Of a DNA stretch of 64,000 bases, positions 36,798-45,713 are shown piece after piece (position 1 is the first letter of the stretch; the number at the start of each line of letters is the position of its first letter). The DNA is from a bacterium. Lineage in GTDB: Bacteria > Spirochaetota > Spirochaetia > Treponematales > UBA12059. The stretch lies in NCBI GenBank assembly GCA_035530295.1, contig DATKVB010000025.1, positions 114,552 to 178,551 on the forward strand. Direction: 5' to 3'. The notes under the pieces were generated by a model, which worked only from the letters and a program-made list of their open reading frames with translations, did no database searches and was not told the DNA's origin. The position numbers were made by a program, and so were the translations under genes.

Positions 36798-37691
36798 TCA
36801 TCCGAAGTACCCGTATATGAATTTGGCCTTGCCTACGGCCACCACATCCTCGGGCTTGAGCGAACGACCGGCCGGCGGTTCGTCGTTGACCAGGAGACGT
36901 GCCCCGGCCTTCTCCTGCTGGAGTAGCACCTTGCCCTTGGCGAGGTGGACCGTGGCGTGCAGTGGTTCGACATCGGGATAGCCCTTGAGGACGATGTCGC
37001 AATCAGGCGCCGCGCCTATCTTCATGGTGCGGCTCAGTATGCTGTATTCCTTGCCCTTGAGCGGGCCGTTGAGGAGCATCAAGGCGCCCGACGAGAATTG
37101 GTTCTCGAACACCGACCAGAAGATGCTCAGCGACAGGCCAAAAAGTGCAAGCCCCGCGAGCAGGGACAGCGGTTCGTCGGGAAAGAAGAACGAGAGGCCG
37201 GCAAGCGCGCTTCCGCCGGCCAGCCCGCCCAGCACTCCGCCCGCGAGTCCTACGAGGATCTTGCGTGTCGAACGCGCGCGGAGCCCCTCGGTCAGGGCCA
37301 GGAATATGCCGACTATCGTCCACGCGACGCCGCTGGCCACGGCAAGGCCCACGCCATTGCGCGCGCTCGCGGTGCGCCACAGTGACGAGCCCGCGGCGAA
37401 GAGGAACACCTGGCCGGCCATCACGCCCAGCGCTCCGGCAATCGAGCCGAAGACGGCCCCGAAGAGCAGCCCCTTGAAGGCCTTTGACCTCGACGATACG
37501 ACGACGCCCTCGAAGGAGCCGAACAGCGCTCCGAAGACCAGCCCCAGGAGCACACCCTGGGCCAGGGAGAACAGGAGATAGCTCGGGAACTCCTGCTGGT
37601 AAAACTGCAGGGCAAGAAGGAGCGGCCAGAGCGCCAAGGCTCCCAGTAGGCCGAAAACGGCCAGAAAAATGCGTTTCAGCATAAGCGACAT
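36798..37691 (-). CDS. Polytopic Gly-rich membrane protein with C-terminal FHA-like domain
   Basis: About six TM segments, then L.LLNGPLKGKEY.I....KIG...CDIVL...HA...L..EDVV.VGK. Confidence 0.8.
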   Translation of the reverse strand: MSLMLKRIFLAVFGLLGALALWPLLLALQFYQQEFPSYLLFSLAQGVLLGLVFGALFGSFEGVVVSSRSKAFKGLLFGAVFGSIAGALGVMAGQVFLFAAGSSLWRTASARNGVGLAVASGVAWTIVGIFLALTEGLRARSTRKILVGLAGGVLGGLAGGSALAGLSFFFPDEPLSLLAGLALFGLSLSIFWSVFENQFSSGALMLLNGPLKGKEYSILSRTMKIGAAPDCDIVLKGYPDVEPLHATVHLAKGKVLLQQEKAGARLLVNDEPPAGRSLKPEDVVAVGKAKFIYGYFG

Positions 37692-37703
37692 CGATGTCTC
37701 CTT

Positions 37704-39308
37704 TTACTTTTGTCCACCCAGGGGTGGGAGCAGGGCCGACAGTATGAGCCTGTCATGGTCAGCGGCTATCTTGAGCGAGAATACCTGCGGCTCGTATCCG
37801 TCTGACTCGACGCGGAACTGGCGTACGGCGCCCGTCGTCAGCCAGCCCTCGGGAAGTTCCTCAGGCGGCACCCAGGAACCATTGGCCATGACCATCAGCC
37901 TGGCCGGAATATCCAGGCCATCGACCGAGTCACGCGCCGTCGCCGTCACCGACAGCGGACGCTTTCCTTCCTCCTCGGTGCGCATATGCAGGTCCATTCC
38001 CTCTGTGCCTCCTGGCGCGGAGAATGGCATGACCCTGAAGCATTCCCAGCGCACCGTGCCGCCGACTATAAGCTTGAGCCGGTACGCTCCAGGAGCCAGG
38101 AACAGTCGCCCTGACTCCAGAGAATAGTACGGGTCAGAATCGGCTGTTGGCATGAACGCCAGCGTCAGAGGCGACAGGCTGGATTCGGGCATGTCCTTGC
38201 CATCATCGATGAACAGCCTGGCCCGGACGAACAGCTCCTCGGCGCGCTTGTCGGACTTGGGCACACGCACGGTCAGGCGCAGCTGGCCATACGAGTCGGG
38301 CATCGCCCAGCGGTAGACGTACCCCGCGTGCCAGGCATACCAGCCGCCGGCCGACATGGCGCCAAGGATGATCAACAAGAGCGGCAGCACCGAACGCTTG
38401 CGCCGTGCCTTTGGATAGCGAGGCTCATCGACAATGGACCCGTGCATAAGCCCGACCAGGGCGTTGACTATGGGTTCGGATCTGTAGCGCCGCAGGTATC
38501 TCTCTATGACCAGAACCAGCTTGTCCATGCTCTGAAAGCGTCTGGCAGGATCGGGCTGCATCAGCTTGCGGATTAGTCTGTCCACAAAGGGATGCACGCG
38601 GCCATTGATCCTGCCAGCACGCCGATACCGGCCCTTGCGTATCATCACGAGGGTCTCGGCCGAGAAGTTTCCGGGATACGGTTTCTTGCCCGTTACCATC
38701 TCGTAGAGCATGACGCCAACAGAATAGATGTCGGCCCGCTTGTCGACATTCTTTGAGTTCTCTATCTGTTCAGGCGGCATGTAGCATGGGGTTCCAAGCG
38801 TCATGCCTTCCTTGGTCAGGCCAGCGTCGTTGTCATCCTCGGAGGCCGCGATGCCGAAGTCGGCCAGTTTTATATCGCCCTTCCTGGATATGAGAATGTT
38901 GCCCGGCTTCACGTCCCGATGTATGACGCCCATGGAGTGGGCATAGGCAAGCGCCTTGCAGACCTGCAGCACGATGAAGAGCGAGAGTTCGCTCGACAGC
39001 GATCGCTGCTTCTTTATCAGCTGGTCAAGAGACGTGCCATCGACATACTCAAGCACCATGTAATTGGAATTGCCTTCCTTGAAGTGATCGAACACCTGCA
39101 CGATGTTGTCGTGCTTGAAGTCCATCAGTATGCGGGCTTCTCGCTTGAAGCGTTCCGCGATTGATGAGCTGCCCCGCATGGTCAATTTCTTGAGCACCAC
39201 GTAGCGCTTGAGCGTCGGGTGCACGGCCTTGAGCACCGCGCCCATGCCTCCGCGCGCGACCAGTGACTCGATCCTGTATTTTCCTATGTACTCGGGCAGC
39301 TCGGCCAT
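37704..39308 (-). CDS. Hanks-type Ser/Thr protein kinase with TM and extracytoplasmic C-terminus
   Basis: RGGMGAV, VVLK, RFKREA, HRDVKPGN, DFGIA, GTPCYMPPEQ, DIYSVG; TM at about residues 310-330. Confidence 0.95.
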   Translation of the reverse strand: MAELPEYIGKYRIESLVARGGMGAVLKAVHPTLKRYVVLKKLTMRGSSSIAERFKREARILMDFKHDNIVQVFDHFKEGNSNYMVLEYVDGTSLDQLIKKQRSLSSELSLFIVLQVCKALAYAHSMGVIHRDVKPGNILISRKGDIKLADFGIAASEDDNDAGLTKEGMTLGTPCYMPPEQIENSKNVDKRADIYSVGVMLYEMVTGKKPYPGNFSAETLVMIRKGRYRRAGRINGRVHPFVDRLIRKLMQPDPARRFQSMDKLVLVIERYLRRYRSEPIVNALVGLMHGSIVDEPRYPKARRKRSVLPLLLIILGAMSAGGWYAWHAGYVYRWAMPDSYGQLRLTVRVPKSDKRAEELFVRARLFIDDGKDMPESSLSPLTLAFMPTADSDPYYSLESGRLFLAPGAYRLKLIVGGTVRWECFRVMPFSAPGGTEGMDLHMRTEEEGKRPLSVTATARDSVDGLDIPARLMVMANGSWVPPEELPEGWLTTGAVRQFRVESDGYEPQVFSLKIAADHDRLILSALLPPLGGQK

Positions 39309-39324
39309 GTTCTTCTCCTGGGTA

Positions 39325-40338
39325 TCAGCCGCCGGTCAGCCGGCAGCTGATATCGCGTATTTCTCCGATATCGAGCGATGGTTCAACGTCGCGGTCAGGC
39401 ATTACCCAGGCTACGACATACTTTCTGGGATTGTGTATCTGCAAGTGGCTGCCGTCAGATCGCTCCCGGTACAGGGTAGGGATGACGCGGTGCCCGGTAA
39501 AGAAGCGCGGTCTGGCGACAGTGGGCAGGAAGCGCGCGAGCAGGCTGGTCACCGATCCTGGCTCGGCGGCATCGTTGTCCGTCCATGTGAGGCCTGCCAC
39601 CACCTCGGGCAGGCTTCGCGCGTCTACTATCTCGGACTCCGTATAGGGCCGTTCCGGTTCGGCATGGGACGCCAGGAATCGGCCACCTATGGCGAACAGG
39701 GGCAGGGCGCGCTCGAAGGCGGCGTAGCGGTTCAGGAAATCGTCGCCATAGAATTGCCTGAGCCAGGTCAGGACCATGTCGCCTTCCAGCACGAACTTGC
39801 GGAACGGGTGGTTGCCGTTGCCCTCCTCGTTGAGGACGTTTTCGTGGTTGCCCTTGAGGAAATGGAAGTGCCTCGGAAACGATATCTTGGCCAACATCAC
39901 CATCTCCATCAGGGCCATGCTCTCGGCCATCTCCTGGTCCATGGCGGCATGGTGCCGGTAGCCATCCAGGTACTCTTCGAATGCCGCTTTCCATCGGTCC
40001 AGTGCGCGTGCCTCCGCGTGAAAGCCGTCGCCCAGGCACAGAAGCTGCAACTGGCCGGCCGCCAGTGCGTCGCGCACCGTGCCGCCGCCGGGCAGGGGGC
40101 TCTCCATCAGGCTCAGGAAGAAGCCGGTACGGGCATGCAGGTCGGGCACGATGATTGTCGGCAGGGCCGGGTTGAGCCTGAGCAGTCCGCCGGGCAGGCC
40201 CCGCGAATCGGCAGGGCGAATGTCAGGCGGTTCTCCCATCAAGACGGCGGTGGCCGCGTCCGCCAGGGCCGCGTAACCCGCCGCGGGCGGCGGATCCGGC
40301 CTCATGAACGCCGTTACCATCGGGTTGCGCGGTTTCAT
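39325..40338 (-). CDS. Calcineurin-like metallophosphoesterase
   Basis: PDLHAR, LGDGFH, KGNHEN, SHAEP, TGH. Confidence 0.85.
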   Translation of the reverse strand: MKPRNPMVTAFMRPDPPPAAGYAALADAATAVLMGEPPDIRPADSRGLPGGLLRLNPALPTIIVPDLHARTGFFLSLMESPLPGGGTVRDALAAGQLQLLCLGDGFHAEARALDRWKAAFEEYLDGYRHHAAMDQEMAESMALMEMVMLAKISFPRHFHFLKGNHENVLNEEGNGNHPFRKFVLEGDMVLTWLRQFYGDDFLNRYAAFERALPLFAIGGRFLASHAEPERPYTESEIVDARSLPEVVAGLTWTDNDAAEPGSVTSLLARFLPTVARPRFFTGHRVIPTLYRERSDGSHLQIHNPRKYVVAWVMPDRDVEPSLDIGEIRDISCRLTGG

Positions 40339-40372
40339 GCCTCGTTCCGTCCTTGTACGCCCTGACTCTCTG

Positions 40373-40897
40373 CTAGCCTATGACCGTCTTGTTCACGGTG
40401 GCAAAGTCCTCGGCCAGGTCCTGGCTCACCTGGGTAAGCATCGCTTCCTCGGCCTCGGGCTCGAGCGCCTCGCTGGCTATGGCTATCTTGTATACCGGCG
40501 AGCTCGTCTTGATCGGCCCCCGCAGGAATTGCACCGGCTCGTCCACCTCGAGATCGGCCGACAACTCCGAAGCCTCATCGGTCGCGGCGGGCGGCACATC
40601 GGCCCTCAGCCCAATCGAAGTGTACTCGCAACGGCGGTTCCCGTCCACGAGTGGACCGATGTTGATGATCGACCCCGACCACGTCAGGACCAGCGCCCCA
40701 CGCGGCTCGGCTCTGCCATAGAAGGCCATGTCGAGCAGTTTGTTGTCTGCCAACGTCTTCTCGAAGATAGTCTCCTTGTCCTTCCACGCCACCGCCAGTT
40801 GTTCGTGACTCTCGTCGGTCTGGGGAAGTCCAGAGGTCTTGGCTATCTGCTTCAGATGCTGCTGAATCTCGGGACTCAGTGAATTGAATGTGTCCAT
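40373..40897 (-). CDS. Hypothetical protein, stand-alone copy of the domain shared with 41018-41914
   Basis: AGGAGG RBS; LTWSGSIINIGP, EYTSIGLRADVP, KTSSPVYKIA. Confidence 0.8.
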   Translation of the reverse strand: MDTFNSLSPEIQQHLKQIAKTSGLPQTDESHEQLAVAWKDKETIFEKTLADNKLLDMAFYGRAEPRGALVLTWSGSIINIGPLVDGNRRCEYTSIGLRADVPPAATDEASELSADLEVDEPVQFLRGPIKTSSPVYKIAIASEALEPEAEEAMLTQVSQDLAEDFATVNKTVIG

Positions 40898-41017
40898 GAT
40901 TCCTCCTGTCTGATACAATGTACTACAATAATCGAATTATCAATGGAAAAATACGGAAAAAAACTAAATAATAGCCAATAATCGACAAGAATCGGATATA
41001 CTGTAGTTGGAGGAACC

Positions 41018-41914
41018 ATGAAGAAGAGCGCGTATGATGAATTACCCGATCTGATACGGTCGCAGCTCGATGGCATGCTGGTCGATGCGGGCAAGGCAGG
41101 AGACGCAGAGGCGCGTGATCGCCTGGCCGTGTTGTGGGCCGAAAAGTTCAGGCTCTTCACCGGCCAGACGGCCGCGCTCGACATGGTGTCGGTCGGCGAA
41201 CTCGCCGTCGATGATGACCGCGCCGCCATATTCCTGACATATTCTGGCTCTCTGATAAGCCTGGGGCCGCGGCGCGGCAAGGATCGCTGGCTCGAGTACG
41301 CCTCGATCAAGCTGCGGACCGACGTGCCAGAGCTTGTCCGGGGCGACAAGGCCAACCTCTCGGGCCCGGCTGTGCTCGACAATCCGGCGACATTCGATGG
41401 TACGAGCCTTAAACGCTCCTCGGCCCTGTACCGCATCGCCGTCTGCCCGGCCGGCATCAGCCCCGATGAACAGGAACGCCGCGTGCGCGAGGCGACGGTC
41501 TACCTGACCAACGGTTTCATCAAATTGAACCGGACCCTGTCACTCCACGGCGCGGACGAGGTGGATCAGTTCACGGCCAAGGCCATCATCAATTACGTGG
41601 CCAGAAAGAACGGCGTCACCCAGAGCACAGCCCGCGGCATCATCGATGATTTCCTGTCCATGATAGAGACTGGCATGCTGCTCGGCGAGCGGGTGTCGGT
41701 GGGCAAGCTCGGCAGCGCCAGCCTCCGGCATCAGGCCGCCCGCAAGGCACGTGTCGTGCGCAACCTGAAGACCGGTGAGGATCTTCTGGTCCCGGCCAAG
41801 CCCGCGTCCATGGCCCCAAAGTTCAACTTTTCCCAGTCCGTCAAGGAGAAGGCCTCGAACGTAGACCCGACCTTCGTGGGTACCGAGGACGACGAAGGCT
41901 ACGATGATGAATGA
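41018..41914 (+). CDS. Unknown N-terminal domain fused to an HU/IHF-like DNA-binding domain
   Basis: N-term LTYSGSLISLGP, EYASIKLRTDVP; C-term TAKAIINYVARKNGVTQ...GERVSVGKLG...AR..RNLKTGE...VPAK....PKF; acidic tail. Confidence 0.8.
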   Translation: MKKSAYDELPDLIRSQLDGMLVDAGKAGDAEARDRLAVLWAEKFRLFTGQTAALDMVSVGELAVDDDRAAIFLTYSGSLISLGPRRGKDRWLEYASIKLRTDVPELVRGDKANLSGPAVLDNPATFDGTSLKRSSALYRIAVCPAGISPDEQERRVREATVYLTNGFIKLNRTLSLHGADEVDQFTAKAIINYVARKNGVTQSTARGIIDDFLSMIETGMLLGERVSVGKLGSASLRHQAARKARVVRNLKTGEDLLVPAKPASMAPKFNFSQSVKEKASNVDPTFVGTEDDEGYDDE

Positions 41915-43142
41915 CGCGGCAAAGCCTTCGGTGAGCCAGGGTACCGAGTCTCTGTCGTTCCGCCGCCTGATAGGCACAAGCATCGCGGCCAAGTTAGCCG
42001 TCGACATCGGTTCACAGATATTCAACCCGTTCCTGCCGCTTATAGCTTCCGGTCTGGGCCTTGGCGTGGTGCAGCTGGGACGGTTGGTAGGGCTGCGCAG
42101 CGCCATGGGCGTCTTCGCTCCTGTGAGTGGAGCCCTGTCGGACCGGTTCGGCTATCGTCTGGTTATACGCGTGACGCTGCTGATCACGGCCGCCGGGTGC
42201 CTTGGGCTGGCTGCCAGCCATGCGCTCTGGATGGTCGTGGCCTCGATCATGCTGATAGGCCTGGGCGGCAGCTCGTTCGTGCCCAATCTGCAGGCCTATG
42301 TCAGCACGCACCTGCCATACGCGAAGCGTGCAAGAGGGCTGGGCATGATAGAATATTCATGGGCACTGACCGGCATTGTCGGTCTGTCCCTGATCGGGCT
42401 TCTGATAGCCGCCACCGGATGGCGCACCCCGTTCTACCTGCTGGCTCTGGCGCTGGTCGCGATGAGCGTTGTCTTTGGCGCCATGCCCGGCAGGGCTCGC
42501 CAAAATGCTGGCATGAATGCCGATGGGATTGCCACCGCGCAGGGCAAACCTGGGTTGTGGCGCAGGTTCCTGTCGATATTCGTGGTCAATACCAATAGAA
42601 GGTCGACATACGCGACGATCGTCGCCGCTACGCTGAGCTATTTCGCGGCGATGCAGGTGATGCTGATGCATGGAGCCTGGCTGGCGGGACGCTATGGCCT
42701 GGACGCCGCTCAGCTTGGCCTCGTGGCGCTGGTGCTCGGCTGTTTTGACCTGACGGCCAGTGTCACGGTCAGCCTGGTCACCGATCGCATCGGCAAGCGC
42801 CGCAGCGTGATGATAGGCATATTCGGATCGCTGGTGGCATACGTGGCCATGCCCTTTCTGGACACCGGCGTCATCCAGGCCATCATCATCATCGCGCTGG
42901 CCCGCATGTGTTTCGAGTTCAACATCGTGTCGCACTTTCCGCTGCTCAGCGAACAGGCGCCAGCGCAGCGCGGGCAGGTGATGACGCTCAGCGCCGCGAT
43001 GACGATGCTGGGAGGCACGCTGGCTGGATTCACCGGGCCGTGGCTCTACGTCAATCTGGGCGTGGGCGCGATGGCGTGGACGTCCGCTGGTGCTGTCGCC
43101 GTAGCCTTGGCCATAGTCTTTGCGCTTGTCAGGGATGCCTGA
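41907..43142 (+). CDS. MFS transporter
   Basis: GALSDRFGYR and VTDRIGKRR loop motifs, about 12 TM segments. Confidence 0.88.
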   Translation: MNDAAKPSVSQGTESLSFRRLIGTSIAAKLAVDIGSQIFNPFLPLIASGLGLGVVQLGRLVGLRSAMGVFAPVSGALSDRFGYRLVIRVTLLITAAGCLGLAASHALWMVVASIMLIGLGGSSFVPNLQAYVSTHLPYAKRARGLGMIEYSWALTGIVGLSLIGLLIAATGWRTPFYLLALALVAMSVVFGAMPGRARQNAGMNADGIATAQGKPGLWRRFLSIFVVNTNRRSTYATIVAATLSYFAAMQVMLMHGAWLAGRYGLDAAQLGLVALVLGCFDLTASVTVSLVTDRIGKRRSVMIGIFGSLVAYVAMPFLDTGVIQAIIIIALARMCFEFNIVSHFPLLSEQAPAQRGQVMTLSAAMTMLGGTLAGFTGPWLYVNLGVGAMAWTSAGAVAVALAIVFALVRDA

Positions 43143-43153
43143 GCCCGCGGCGG

Positions 43154-43720
43154 CTATCGCGACAGCAACGCCAGATTTGCCTCCAGAGCCGCGCCGCCCA
43201 TCAGGTCGGCCAGCGCCGATTCCACGTGGGCTCGCTCGAGTCCAGGAATAAGGCCTTGCCGCAGGATCTCCGCCACGATGGCGACGTTCTGCATGCGTGA
43301 ATCGGGCAGATCATCCCTGTATACGCGCCATGCCGCCGCGCCTTTCGCGCTGGCCGCGGCGCGGACGTCGTCCTCGATGATGGCCCGATGTCTACCCAGC
43401 CTGACATCCAGAGCCTGCCAGGCCGCGTCGTACCAGACCAGCGTGCCGGAGTGACGCAGCATGTCGTGTGCCGCGCGCAGGGCTTCGGTGCGTTCAAGCG
43501 CAACGACCAGATCGGCCTGGCCGTCCGGCACCAGAGGCGACCGGGCCGGGCCCAGGCGCAGGTGGCTTGTTACCATGCCGCCCCGCTGGGCCAGGCCGTG
43601 TGTGTCGCAACCGTGCACAGCCAGGCCAGCATGGTCGGCTGCCCTCGAGAGCAGCTCAGAAAGCAGGCCTATGCCCTGGCCGCCCACGCCGCACAGGTAG
43701 ATGTTGAATGGTCTGCTCAT
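43154..43720 (-). CDS. iorB: Indolepyruvate ferredoxin oxidoreductase beta subunit
   Basis: GVGGQGI, THGLAQRGGMVTSHLR, SPLV..GQADL..ALE..EALR. Confidence 0.88.
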   Translation of the reverse strand: MSRPFNIYLCGVGGQGIGLLSELLSRAADHAGLAVHGCDTHGLAQRGGMVTSHLRLGPARSPLVPDGQADLVVALERTEALRAAHDMLRHSGTLVWYDAAWQALDVRLGRHRAIIEDDVRAAASAKGAAAWRVYRDDLPDSRMQNVAIVAEILRQGLIPGLERAHVESALADLMGGAALEANLALLSR

Positions 43721-45633
43721 GGTGCGCTCCTTGCGGCCTTGGCGTCGGCACCCTGGGCGCCCTCTGGCACAATCGCGCCAACGGGACAGGTCTGTCGGCA
43801 CGAGCCATCGCCTATGCATAGATCCGGGTGCGTCGTGACCGTTCCGTCGTCGGCCCGCTGGAATGTCGGGCAGGCGAAGCGCTCAACGCATTCATGGATG
43901 CGTTCGCAGCCGTTCTGGCGTATCTCGACCATGCGGGCGGCCCAGCCCGGTTTTCGCCTCGCCTCGCGGGTGAACTTGAGCATGCACGGGTGCGACGCGA
44001 TTATCACCTTGAAGCCGGGCTCGTCCAGGGCGGCCTTGGTCATCGCGGTCAGCGTTGCCTGCTGGTACGCGTCGACTTCCCTGATATTGGACACGCCGAG
44101 GCCCTCGAGGGCGGCCCGTATCGATATCTTCTCCGTTTCGGCGCTGAAGTTCCTGCCCGAGCCTGGGTGGTCCTGGTGGCCGGTCATCGCGGTGGTGCCG
44201 TTCTGCATGATCACAAGCAGGACACGGTGGCCGTTGTACACCGCGTTGATGATGCCGGGCAGCCCCGCGTGAAAGAACGTCGAGTCGCCCAGAAAGCAGA
44301 CGACGCGGCGGCTGTCGTTGTACAGCGACAGACCCGATGCCGTCGATGTCGAGTGACCCATCGACAGCAGCACGCGGCCCATCAGGTATGGCTCAAGCGA
44401 TCCGAGGGTGTGGCAGCCGATGTCGGCCACCGTTATGTCGGTAGGCGCCAGCGCCTTCTTGATCGCGTAGAACGCGGAGCGGTGACCGCAGCCCGGGCAC
44501 ATCTGCGGCGGCCGCGAAGGAAGGGCCGGGGCCGGTGGCGCGGTATCGGCCGGCGGAAAGAGGTCCGGCCAGGTAGCACAGAGTATGGCGCGCGCCTTGC
44601 CAGGCGTATACTCGCCCATCGCCTCATCGACGTTCTGCTTGCCGATGATGTGGCAGCGCAGGCCCGAGTCGTACGCGAGCGCCTTGACGTCCGCCTCGAT
44701 GATAGGATCGAGCTCCTCGATGATCTTCACTTCTGCATGGGATTCCAGGAAGGCACGCACGGCGGCTCCGTCCAACGGGTAGACCGAGCCCAGCTTGAGC
44801 ACATCGGGGCTGTGGCTGCCGGGCACTCGTTCGTCCAGGACATCCATCACCGATGCAAACGGTAATCCCGCTACGATGATGCCACGATCGGGGTTGCCAT
44901 GGTCGATCAGGGTATCCAGACCCAATGCAGGAAGCCGGGCCTCTATTGTGGCCAGCCGCTCCAGAGCCCGCCGCTTCATGGGGAACACGGTGGCGGCCAG
45001 CGGTATGTAGTTTGTGCTGTCGGGGTCAAAGCGCGGGCCCGCGTCGCCCGGAGCTGGAACCCAGGAGTCGAAGCTCACCTTCTCCTTGGCGTGGCACACA
45101 TGGGTTGTCAGCCTGACCATGACGACTGTCCGCAGTTCCTGAGCCAGCGCCGCCGCCTTCTTGAACATATGGTAGGCCTCGGATGCGCCGGCTGGCTCGA
45201 AGAGGGGGCAATAGGACATGCGGGCATAGTGGCGGTTGTCCTGTTCGTTCTGGCTTGAATTGGCGCCAGGGTCGTCACCGAGTATCACCACCATGCCGCC
45301 GGGAATGTCATGGAGCGGCAGCTGGACAAAGCTGTCGGCCGCGACATTGAGGCCGACGCTCTTGAAGAATACGACCGAAAGCCTGCCGTTCAACGCGGCG
45401 CCGAAGGCCACCTCGGTAGCCACCTTCTCGTTAGTCGAGAATTCGAAGTACATCGGCCGCTCGGCCGCCGGCATGGACCTGATCGCCTCGGCTATCTCCG
45501 GCGTCGGCGATCCGGGGTACGAGGTAACGACCCTGACGCCGCTCTCCACCATGCCTCGCGCGATGGCGGTGTTGCCGATGACCAGCTCCTCGAACGGGTC
45601 GCGACCAAGTAGCATTCTTCCCATATCCTTCAT
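43717..45633 (-). CDS. iorA: Indolepyruvate ferredoxin oxidoreductase alpha subunit
   Basis: GNTAIARG, YPGSP, NEKVA, K.VGLNVAAD, DDP..NSSQNEQD, RPPQMCPGCGHR, DIGC, GDSTFFHAG, C-terminal ferredoxin Cys. Confidence 0.92.
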   Translation of the reverse strand: MKDMGRMLLGRDPFEELVIGNTAIARGMVESGVRVVTSYPGSPTPEIAEAIRSMPAAERPMYFEFSTNEKVATEVAFGAALNGRLSVVFFKSVGLNVAADSFVQLPLHDIPGGMVVILGDDPGANSSQNEQDNRHYARMSYCPLFEPAGASEAYHMFKKAAALAQELRTVVMVRLTTHVCHAKEKVSFDSWVPAPGDAGPRFDPDSTNYIPLAATVFPMKRRALERLATIEARLPALGLDTLIDHGNPDRGIIVAGLPFASVMDVLDERVPGSHSPDVLKLGSVYPLDGAAVRAFLESHAEVKIIEELDPIIEADVKALAYDSGLRCHIIGKQNVDEAMGEYTPGKARAILCATWPDLFPPADTAPPAPALPSRPPQMCPGCGHRSAFYAIKKALAPTDITVADIGCHTLGSLEPYLMGRVLLSMGHSTSTASGLSLYNDSRRVVCFLGDSTFFHAGLPGIINAVYNGHRVLLVIMQNGTTAMTGHQDHPGSGRNFSAETEKISIRAALEGLGVSNIREVDAYQQATLTAMTKAALDEPGFKVIIASHPCMLKFTREARRKPGWAARMVEIRQNGCERIHECVERFACPTFQRADDGTVTTHPDLCIGDGSCRQTCPVGAIVPEGAQGADAKAARSAP

Positions 45634-45713
45634 GCGCGTGCTCCTTGCCCGTATGGCAGGATTATCGTAATGCCGTAAGGAGCAACGCGCAACCGGGATT
45701 TTTGCTCGATCTT

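Noticed and set aside
39208..40365. Long antisense ORFs (also 32819-34018, 43828-44865, 50013-51149 and others)
   Set aside because: Shadow frames opposite well-supported genes, expected at high GC, with no motifs.
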